In this document: piece after piece, positions 50,051 through 60,974 of the stretch
How the letters are laid out: the number at the start of each line of letters is the position of its first letter
How positions within the stretch are numbered: the stretch's first letter is position 1
Source of the DNA: Phoronis australis
Taxonomy: Eukaryota; Animalia; Phoronida
Assembly (NCBI GenBank): GCA_002633005.1
Contig: NMRA01000522.1
Span: 74,270 to 138,269 of the forward strand
DNA: 64,000 bases
Direction: 5' to 3'
Translations under genes and position numbers: made by a program
Notes under the pieces: model-generated
What the model was told of the DNA's origin: nothing
Database searches by the model: none
The model's input: only the letters and a program-made list of their open reading frames with translations

Positions 50051-51792
50051 GAGTCGAGTTCCTTCGGTCTCGGTCGATACGCGGAGTAATGTCTCGTGGG
50101 ATATTACTTCATGTGCGCCACTCTCGGTACGTTTTGTGTACATATTTTTTTCAACTTTGCTTATAGTGCGCGTGTCGTGGCTTACTTAGCGGTGACGTAT
50201 GCGTGATGTGATTGTTGTATAACGTTTATGCAACTGGGCACAGGTGTGGGTTGCATAAGACTTCATCAATGACGTACATTAAACGCTTTGTTCAAAGAAA
50301 GCAAGGTAGCGCATGATAATGCTACGTCATTGTTGTTGCTATCCTGCGTATAACTTTCATGCAACCGGGCCCAGAATGAGGCATCCCGTATTTTATTTTG
50401 AGCAGTCTCCTGTACCTCTATTTATTAGTCGATGAAAGCTTTCACTCCTTGATAGATTTTTGCACCTTAAGTTGGCTCAAATCGCTTTGAATTCATTTTC
50501 TTTTCTTCATGATTGATTGCACGGTGCTAAGCTTTCCTCGCCATGCCGTGTCGTTCTTGATGAAATTGAAAACAGAACGTATCGTCAAGTATACAACGAT
50601 GTAACTAACCACATGGCATATATACAGCAAAATTTAGCGAACGACTTTCACTTGGATGGAGATCAGATAAGAATCTGGGTTCCTGATTTAAAGGTCGGGG
50701 TTCGTGTTTTTCGGTCTGGTTAGCTGTTTTGAAGGAGCGTGAATTTGTTTTCGACTTCGAGATGTCCGTTTCACACCGGGGTTCTTGTTTCGATGGAGCA
50801 CTCTTCGAATGGATAAGTCATTCACTCTAACCAAGTCTCAAAAACATGTAAACTCAACGATAGTCTGCCATCTTGGTCTCACAAACATTGGTTGGTTTCA
50901 GTACCACAGAACAGGATGAACTGGATAGCCAACTCACTCATGTGACCCAAGAGAACTCTCTAATAGAGCTTGCGACCTCAAGGGTTCACGAGACGTACTG
51001 ACCGCTGTTATTTGCATAGTGTATTTCAGGTTCTCCGCTCGTTTGAGCTTTGATCGAGCTTTTAGTTATCAAATGAAGCCCAAATGCATTGATTCATTTT
51101 CATTTTGTCATTTTTGTTCTGGCATAGCATCATCAAACACGACTCTTGAAGTACGCTTCTAGATAAGCCAGGAATTTCTGGCCAAAATTAGTCACAAACC
51201 CGTCACATTGATCATTCTTTACACGCACCGACCCGTGGAATAATCTGCCTTCTGTTATCTTTTCAGCTGTTGTAGGCCCTTTCCCATATACAGTTAACTC
51301 CGGTTGTTAACCGTGAGGTCAACTGTAGTGCTCCAATCAGCTTCGGAGTTATTCAAGTTGGCAGCGAAGTTAAGGGAAGGCGGCGTTAAAATGACTTTCG
51401 GTCATATGCCTTACTGCTTTTGTCCTTGTCATAAAAATAGAAAGTAGAACCTTATGTCACAAGGCGCGGCAGTCAACGATTGCCACGTTGGGACAACGAC
51501 GATTTACTAGAAGACGATTCTTCAGTAAGCTAACAGCTGATCCGAAGAATGGCGTACGGCGGGAACTAATTTTGCACAATCGGAAATCCAATGTCCCAAA
51601 AACGAGAAATCGGAAGAAAAGTGACTTGAATTGAAGTTTTTTAGTTCCACGGGCATAAGTGTGACGAATGAGCGTACCCAGAGCTTGTTTCTCATGTCCA
51701 CCAACACGAGTCAGAGTTTCTAGTAATGTCCACGCTTCTCCGATGTTGCGCATGAAAATAAATGGAGCCACAGCGTGGTCAAATACGAAGTA

Positions 51793-52019
51793 AGCACAAA
51801 CAAACTCAACGCCTCGCCATTCCTTATTATACCAGTTAGCACAACCAAACTCAACGGCTCGCCATTCCTTATTATACCAGTTAGCACAACCAAACTCAAC
51901 GCCTCGCCATTCCTTATTATACCAGTTAGCACAACCAAACTCAACGCCTCGCCACTCCTTATTATATACCAGTTATCACAACCAAACTCAACGCCTCGCC
52001 ATTCCTTATTATACCAGTT
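51793..52019. repeat. Tandem repeat, 5 x 45 bp
   Basis: Unit agcacaaccaaactcaacgcctcgccattccttattataccagtt; lies within a probable TTAA-type element starting at about 51374. Confidence 0.9.
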
Positions 52020-54193
52020 AAAATGGGAAAACGAGCAGCAATATCTGGCGACTTTTCATACTTAACACAATGGAGGATGGCGTAGCGCTGTGATTGGTTG
52101 TCCCGACTATACAAATGAATGCTCGTAACTCGAAACTAACTAATTAACGTATCGTCAAACAGGGTTTGTGGGTGCTGTAATTTGACAGCTGATCGGCTGT
52201 TTTTTTTTGTGTGTTTTTGATATAAAATCGGTGATTTTAAGCACTTTATGGCATAGACATGAAATTCTGAATTGCGCGGGGAAATCGTACACGTGATCTC
52301 CTAATACGTACCAAGAAGATAACTGGAGTGGGCTGGTAATAGATTTTCGGAATCCCGAAGTTCGATAGTGTGTCAGACGTTTGCAATAGCACCCTGTTGG
52401 TTTTGGCAGATGTTTTCTTGTCCGTCGGCACGATCTTTGCATAACCGCCTTACAGGTTTCATGTCAACGGTAGTTGCTTTCAGAGTGCCCATTGACTACA
52501 ATAGAGACGGTGCAGGGTTGCCTGTGAAGCCGCTCAGTGAGAAAGCATCGTAATGGGGCTATTCCACAATCTTCACCTTACTGGAGGGCGCGCGTGTATT
52601 AGTGGTGATAGATTAAGCAGCCTCGATTTCGCGAGCCCTTTCATACAGGAGAAATAGTTTGCAGCCGTGCCAACTGAATCTGAGATGAAAAGGGTGCTTC
52701 TACGAGAGGAAGTAAGCACGACTTTACAGAAGGAAAGGTTTGTGATTATTTTAACGATTATTCCATGTTTACAATACTGATGCCTGTTACCTAATTACAG
52801 CGTTTTCAGTTCCTGTTGATCCCGTCGATTCTGACTACAGCCCAACAACAAGTCGGAAAGGTGCCCCCAGTAGCCAATATCTTACACGACTGATTAATTC
52901 CATTCTGGCATTGATTGGTGGAGGGCCAGCTCATCACCAATAGATTTCGAAGATTTCTGCTGAGAGTAGCCGAAACTGTCAACGTACTAACACTTTTCTG
53001 GTTGTGAAAATAAGAAATAATCAATCGTAAAGTTCTGTTGCAGACCGTTGGTGGCCTGGTGCAAAACGAATGGATAAGTCTGTTCGACGTTTTTTTGATT
53101 GTTAGCCTACGGAAAATTCATTTCAGATACAAATACAAATACAAGAGGACATGTGCGAATTCATTTTACTTTGGTCTTTTTTGTTAACTCTGTATATTAC
53201 CGAGTGTGAGGTCTACCAGTCGATCATTTTTATATGTTCATGCATGTGGGCGCATTATGCGCCGCCATCGCTATCCGTCCATCTTTTCGTTTGTCCGGTG
53301 TCCGCATCTCCAAAACCACCTCACGGATATTTGTGAAATTTTGCAGACCTGTTTCTATCATAGGCAGAATGTGTTGATGGATGGATCACAGGTTGTGGTA
53401 CAGCGCACAGTGTGGTAAGCAATGGTAGCTGTACCTAGCTTTGTTAAGGACTCCGCTATCCGGTGTAATATTAAATTTTGACCCGCGTGGAAAAATAACC
53501 TGGGCCACTTTTTTAACTTTAAGTTTTGGTCCACCCGGCAACGGGAGTATATTTGCAGCTTTCAGAACGTAATCACCAAGGAAATATAGGCGGCTCGATT
53601 TGAGGAAAAAGACGTCGGTCGAGGAAGGAACATCTAATAAAGGAAATCGTCACGGGCATCATCAAACCTCTGCACGCCTACTGGCCCTAGGGTTTGTGTG
53701 ACAAACTCACTTCCCGCCAGCTGATCTTTTGTTCCACAGGTTGTTATCAAAGTGAGATGATCAGACAATCGAAAGCAGTCGTGGCTGTGGACACTCACAT
53801 CAACAACTGAGGGATGTGGTTTATCTTGTTCTGAGGAATCGCTGGACCATACCATGTTGGGAAAGAAGTGAAGGCTAGACGAACAGATTTGCTCTGGGGA
53901 ACCACTGAATCCTAATTTATGGGTAGGCTTAGTGAGATGACCAAATAAACGGAAGCAGTGGTGGTTGTGGATCCAAATGTTGGCAATTACCTGACACAAT
54001 TACCGAGCATCAAGGTCACAGAAGTGTAACCTACCGTGCTATGCATATTTTCTGGACGTTTGTCGTCTTTACGTGTGTGGAAGCAACCCATGCCATGGAC
54101 ACTTGCTCTGGGGAATCACTGAACTCTACCCCACTAGGACAGAAGTGAAAGTGAGCTGACTAGACCTGGTCTGGGGAATTACCGATCCTTTTT

Positions 54194-57100
54194 CAGTGGC
54201 GGATCTAGGATATCACAAGGGGGGGCCAAAATTTTGTCTGAAAACATTTGTGCAAAGCACAATTAGATGCGCAAAGCACCGAATGGGGGAAGGTCTTGAG
54301 GGGGATTCGCCCCCCTCCCGCCCGGGAAAATTTTTGTGTTTTTTCCTCTAAAAATCAAGCATTTTCCTTTATTCCTGAAGTATTATCCAAGAACAAAAAA
54401 CCACGGCGAACGTGTCAAACATGAAAAACTGCGATTATCACAGACTCGAACTCACGATCTGGGGGTTACAGCGCGCGTACTTTACCACTGCACCACCACG
54501 ATTTCACTCCTAATTTGATAATAAGAGACCTACTTGTTTATGGTCCACAGCGTTTGCGCGCGAAACCTACTTCTTTTTGTAATGCTTATTACACTTTTTA
54601 TATTTTGTGCAATCAATTCGTAACAAATTTGTTGTATTTAAAATAGTCTTCAATTGCCCAAAAGACCAAATCCGTTTTTTTTTGTGTTGGCCATAGACAT
54701 CTTAATACATAGACCGGGCGCGCGCCACTCAGATACATGCAGCTCGCGTTGTCGATATGACGCCATATTGGAGAGTGCTACAGTGGACAAAAATGGCGGA
54801 AAACACTGGGTGCCCTACGGCATCAATCAGAAAGTCGGCGGGCTCGCAGTGTTATGCTTGCAGCCACAGAGTTAAGATTTTTAGTCCTGCCATTGAGTCA
54901 TGGGTTTTTTGGTTCGGCCATGGAGTTTATTGATGCTGCAACTAGGTTTTTATGTTCCGCCACCATAATTTAAGCGGAGCGACTATATGCGTTATTTCCA
55001 CATCAGTCTTGGTGATTGAAACCATAAAATATCAATTAAAAAGATAATTAATGACCAGCATACGCTTATTATCCAATGATGATGCTGTTTTCTAATTATA
55101 TTTAAGTAAATGTTTAGTATTATTGACAATCATACTTGTACTGAAAAATAACATCCCCGAACTTACTCGCCAGCCGGGGCATCGAAATCAGTACATCTAC
55201 GTGAGTAGTGTATTCTCTATTGAAATATATACTGCTTTAAAAACTCATTTCTTACCATGTATTCCAAAATCAGATATTTTCTGTTGTGTCAAAACAAACA
55301 AATCTCTGCAAAATATGTACTTATGTCGAAGTTGATATTGGAAATTTTGTATATTTGCACTGCTGGCTAACGAGCTCTCTGATTTGTGACGAAACTTGTG
55401 CAAAAAGTAATGTGCATAACCAAAATATCAAACCAGTACGATTGAATTGCGCATCCAACCTTTAGCCAAAATACAGAATTTCCCACTCGAAACCGAATGG
55501 AAATATACCAAACCGAGCCGATGTAGCCGCATTAATTATGACTCCGTAAAAAATGACCCCGGTTAGTTTTTTCACAGCATCTAAATTTAATGTGAAGAAT
55601 ATTCAGCCCATGAAAAAGTGACCCCACGTCCGTGAAAACTTGTCCCGTCATTATTCAACGATTCCCCGCAACAGGGGGTTGGGATATGCAAACAGCGTGC
55701 GTGAGAGAAGAATTTATTTTAAATTTCTCGGCCTGAGGGTCGCGCAGTAGGCCTACGCATATCAGATTAAGAACGGGGATGGATAGAAGCAGTCCGAAAT
55801 AATGTTTGCCGGAGCGGGGCTGATCTCTTTGTGAGCACACGGTGTGGGGATACTACAAAACGCCAACAAGTGCCTGGTGCTTGATCGGGGGGACTTCAGA
55901 TCCGTGAGAGAGGAATATCGAGCGTGCGAGAAAAATATTTGTTTGTTGCCAATTCCGAGCGATGCACAGGAAAGGAATTGAGTCTGTGTTCTTTGTTTTC
56001 TACATTACGACGTTCTCCCGTTGAGTCTAACTTGTTAAGTTGTATATCACAACAAGTTGGGCGGATGACCGCTGTAGACAATATCTTATACTGACGACTG
56101 ATTAAGTCCATTCTGGCAATTAGGATTAGTGGATCTCGGTCAGCTCTCTTTTGTACGATAATTGCTCTATATCTTATATCCTCACTGGGCTGTGGTGTTA
56201 AAAATAAGTTAAGTTATAAAATGTTTGAACATAAACCAATGACATTTCTGAATTGCCCATCAAATACTGATCTAGCTTATAGTTTTTGAATCACCAAAAT
56301 CGCCCAACTACAATCGAAGTTAAAACAATCTATTCTGTCCGAACGTACCAACGTACTGGGTTTGACTGTGTTCACATGTGATCGGTTATAAGCCTGGTAG
56401 ATAATTTATCTGCATGTTGTCGTACCAGACAAAAATACTATGCTCGCCAGTTAATAAAGGATCTAAATATTATCACACGCTCACAACCGCTGTACTGAAC
56501 GGAAGAACGCCCGAATGAACATTAAAAACTGTCATTTATTTATATGACCCAAATGATGTCATTTTTCACAGTAGTTCACATAAAATTTAGACTCCATTAA
56601 AAGCGACCCGGGTCATATATTAATTTTACAAAGTTACCCAGGGTCATTGTTCAACACTCTGTGAAAAGGCTTAGTGGGGCACAACGAAGGTACGTCCCGA
56701 GTGAGCGGCACCTCTCCTGGATATAATGTTTTTGCATCGAGTAACACGAATTAAATGATAAAGTTGCGCGATCTCAGTGGTTTCTCTTGAAAAGAACGAA
56801 AAAATAAAACGCTCGCAGTGGACTGACAGGCGTGCAGCCGCTCGGGCCACTCGAAAATCTGCCACTGGTTGCGATCTTCTAATAGTTTGATATTTCCCTA
56901 TCGACAGATTAAAAAACGCCTGTAAGTGCTACATCACATGTTTTTGTATGTTTCTGGAAAAATCATTTTCATCGGCCTCTTTATTTGTTAGATATCGCGC
57001 TTTGAAAAGGACGATTTGGCCCGTTTGTTTACACGGCAATTAGCCGTGTCACGTTAGTAGTAGCACTCTTCAATATGGCGTCAAGTTGTCAGCGGCAGGA

Positions 57101-57604
57101 GCGCGTGCGCCCGGTCAATGTGATGTCTATGGTGTTGGCATTAATGACGCGAGTGCTTTGGAAATCGTCTTAAGTTAAGGTTTGACAAAGAGAGAATTAT
57201 GAGTTTCTGAGTGATTCACTAAGGCTTCTATTAAATTTCACATCTTACCAGCAGCTTCTGTTTTTTGATCGTCACTTAGATTCCATGTTATAAAAAATGA
57301 AGTAACTTTCTTCATTGCACAGTGAAGCAGACGACGGAAACGGAGTCGTAGTGCGCAGCGTCACTGCCGGTCGCCTGGGATATCGCGGGGAGAGCCTATA
57401 CTTACTTTCGTTACGATTGAGCCAGCGTGTTCCCAATTTGACACTTGAAATTGGATCTGAGCCCCCCCAAACATAATAAAACTGCACACATTTAAATCTT
57501 GTTTTCGCCGTATAATGTTAATTATCGGAGTTAATTAATAAACTCAACATTTCCCTACGCTCCTTCTGTTTTGCTGTTTTATTTTTTGCGGCAATCCGCC
57601 TATG
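54194..57604 (-). mobile_element. hAT-like non-autonomous element with an apparent 5-bp TSD, split by a 2.44-kb insertion
   Basis: CAGTGGCGGAT ... ATCCGCCTATG termini, flanked by TTTTT on both sides; inverted homologue of 5025-5722. Confidence 0.7.
54692..57131. mobile_element. Non-autonomous P-element-like (or hAT) DNA transposon, 2440 bp
   Basis: CATAGACATC...GATGTCTATG TIRs plus inverted subterminal motifs gaccgggcgc and tgacgccatattg.agagtgcta; perfect 8-bp TSD GTGTTGGC (54684-54691, 57132-57139); empty site seen at 5525-5532. Confidence 0.85.
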
Positions 57605-58416
57605 TTTTTGGTAGAATATTAAGTGAGTTTACCAGAGAAGCGGAAGCAGTCATGGATGTGGATGTTACACCGTATAGTTAAATTGCAAAGCATGAAGAGC
57701 AGAGGAATGTGGCTACCTTGCTACGTCGTCTCAAAGACTCCATCCAGGTATTTCAAATGCAGTAAGTGGAGGCAATCCGACTGCGGAAATTCGCTTTGAT
57801 AAGTCACTGGACTAGGCTTGCTTTGTGGAGTAGAAGGGAAGTGAGCTTGTTCTAACCGAGGAACCACCAGATTTTGCTATGCTGGGCAGAGGCTACGTGA
57901 CAAGACAAGCGAAGGCAGTGGTGGCTATGGACAGTACATATAAATATAGTCAATAAGCAGCTCTTAAACAGATCTGAAGGTCTACCGGAGGGCTTTTCAC
58001 CACTTAGTGAAATGGATATAAACCAAAATAATGAAAGGAAAATTCTTGTTCAGTGTATTATTAATCAAATCAAATTCCTTTGACACGTTTATAAAACCGA
58101 AAAACGTCCTACCTTTTATATTTCGTCTCTTTTTACTTTCTTCTAACAACAACGAATAAAATCGTCTGCCATCTTCTACCCTTAGTTTTTGAGCTAATGA
58201 CGTCATGAAGTGGCCCGAATGCCGGCATAGATTATAGACAACTACAGCCGATTTCATAAAACTGGTTTAAAGTTAAACCTGGTTTAAACTGGACTTAGAC
58301 CAGGTTTAAAGGTAATCTGCACTTCATGAAGGTGGTTTAACTTTTAGACCAGTGGTTCAGTAAAACATGGTTTAACTCCAGTTTAGACCAAGTCAAGTTT
58401 TCATTTCACCAACTAG

Positions 58417-59587
58417 CAGCCGATTTCATAAAGGTGGTTTAACAAAACCAGGTTTAAGACTTAAACCTGGTCTTCCTAAACCTGGTCTAATTTTAGACCT
58501 GACTTGCATTTCACCAACATGGTTTAAGAGTCTGAAAGCCTGGTTTTGCTAGACCAGGGAGCTGGTTCAGTAAAACCAGGTTCAAAGTATCAAAGGCACC
58601 CCACTGTGTCGAGCTCGGTAAACCCAACAAAGAAACTATTGAAGTGCTTCAATGAAACCTTGATCACGTGGGTATACAATGGCATACACTAGTAGAATCA
58701 GTGCAGACATTTACGAAAAACATCTAAAAGCTTTTCTCATAAGGAAAACTGTAATTTCTGTGCCCAACACACACACATTAAAGAACATGCTCCCGATTAG
58801 ATGTAACATGTTAAATGCCCAAATTATTTCCTTGTCATTTTAAAGTTTCTTTTCCGCGGCCAAAGGGGGGGCAAGACTCCTTCCTGGCAATATTATATCG
58901 GAGAACAGTGGAGGTGGAACTCAGTCAGAAGAATCAAAATATGCTGTCTTTAGTCAAATCCGTAGCGCTTACGACGATGACGCCCTGCTCGACCAGTCGT
59001 ATTCTGAGAAATCCGCAGGACACACTCCAGCAAGTACTGGTCTACGCATAGGCGGATCCACGGGGTCAAGGGGTCCGGAGTCCCCTTTTTTCCATTGATT
59101 TTAGTGATATCAAATATATAATTTTCAAATTGTTGACTTGGCCCCCTTTCAAAAAGTCCTTGACCATCCCCTCCCCCTTTAAAAAATCCTGAATCCGCCC
59201 CTGCTACGCTTGATCTTGTGTCATAGTAAAACTGAATATTGAAAATAGTCCATTTTCGCTCTAAAACTGCGTCGCAAATGCACTCCGCGGCATCATTCAG
59301 TTGTACCTATACCATGCAAGTCTGACATATTTAACAGTTAAACCTGGGTCTGACCAAGTCTAAAGTTAAACATGGTTTAAGATCTTAATACAGGTCTAAA
59401 GAATATAGACCTCGTTGGTGAAATGAAAACTGACTTAGACCAGGTCTAAACTGGAGTTAAACCAGGTTTTACTAGACCACTGGTCTAAAAGTTAAACCAC
59501 CTTTATGAAATGCAGATTATCTTTAAACCTGGTCTAAGTCCAGTTTAAACCGGGTTTAACTTTAAACCACCTTTATGAAATCGGCTG
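58417..59587. mobile_element. Second copy of the same Harbinger-type family, inserted in inverted orientation into the first (1171 bp)
   Basis: Same TIRs, 3-bp TSD TAG (58414-58416, 59588-59590). The inner copy shows the uninterrupted target (caccaac-gag-gtctatatt on -). Confidence 0.85.
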
Positions 59588-60082
59588 TAGGTGTATATTA
59601 CTTAGACCTGTATTAAGATCTTAAACCAGGTTAAACTTTAGACTTGGTCAGACCCAGGTTTAATATGGCAGACTTGTACGATAAAAGTGCAACTAAATGA
59701 TGCTGTGGTGTGCATTTATGACGCAGTTTTAGAGCGAGAACGGACTATTTTCAGTTTTCAATTTTAGGAAGATCAAACGTAACAGGGGGACCAAGAATTT
59801 TTAAAGGGAGGGAGTGGGGTCGGATCAAGGATTTTTAAAAGGAAGGCCTGGGTCAACAATTTAGAAATTATAGATTTGATATCACTAAAATCAAGAAAAA
59901 AGGGGTCCGGACCCCTTGAACCCCTGGATCTGCCTATACGTAGACCAGTACGTACTGAAGGGTATCCTTTAGATTCCTCAGAATCTGACGGCGTATGACT
60001 AAAAAGTCATCTAATGATTATTCTGGCCGAGTTCCATCTCAATTGGTGCCCGGTTTAATGTTGCCGGGCAGGGGTCCTTCCC

Positions 60083-60400
60083 CAGTGGCGGATTTAGAGG
60101 GGGCCAGGGGGACCATGCCCCCCTAAAAGTCTCCCAAATTCCATTTGGCAGTTCGGGGGTGCGAATGTCTGACGGGCAAAATCCTGGCTAATACTCTGCC
60201 CTGGCCTCCCTAACTTAAAATCCTGGATCCGCGTCGATGCCCCTCTTTAGCCGCAAAAAAGTAAATGACATGGAAATAAACGTGTGCATTTGCTATGTTG
60301 CGGTTAAACGTGAACAAGTACTTTAATATGTGTACTTGTGTTGGACACAGACAATACAAAATGAAAAATATCTCGTTATGATATCCTAGATCTGCCACTG
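60083..60400. mobile_element. CAGTGGCGGAT-type MITE present only in the outer Harbinger copy
   Basis: CAGTGGCGGATTTAG ... CTAGATCTGCCACTG; its right end matches the rc of 54194-54215; no clear TSD. Confidence 0.65.
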
Positions 60401-60974
60401 GGTCCCTCGCCGTTTTTCCTTGAAATTTTTTCACTGATGAAATCTTCTTTCTGGCTTTTATTCTGGATCAATATTTCTCCAAGCCTGCTGCTTACATTGA
60501 CTTGGTTTGGCACCAATTTTCTTGTTGTCGACTATAACATTGCCTTTTTCCTCGTGAGAAAAGCTTTTTAGCCCTTTCTCGCAAATGTCTGCACTGATTC
60601 TACTGCTGTGTGTCATTGTGTACCCACATGATCAAGGTTTCATTGAAGCACTTCAATAGTTTCTTTGTTGGGTTAATCCGGATCAACACAGTAGGGTGGC
60701 TTGGATACTTTAAACCTGGTTTTACTAAACTCGCTCCTTGGTCTAACAAAACCAGGCTTTCAGACTTTTAAACTGCAAGTTAGGTTTAAAATTAGACCAG
60801 TTTTAGAAAGACCAGGTTTAAGTCTTAAACCGGATTTTATTAAACCACCTTCATGAAATCGGCTGCTATAGTCTATGATGCCAGTCAATGAACTCAGTGA
60901 ATGCTTCAGTTCAGGTGTTTACCGGTAGGTTAAAAAATACAGATGGCGTAGTAAGAATCGAATAGTAAAATTAA

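Larger units (their letters stand above)
58245..60865. mobile_element. PIF/Harbinger-type non-autonomous element (outer copy)
   Basis: CAGCCGATTTCAT ... ATGAAATCGGCTG TIRs, 3-bp TSD CTA, dense ta(a/g)accaggt(t/c)ta subterminal repeats. Confidence 0.85.
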
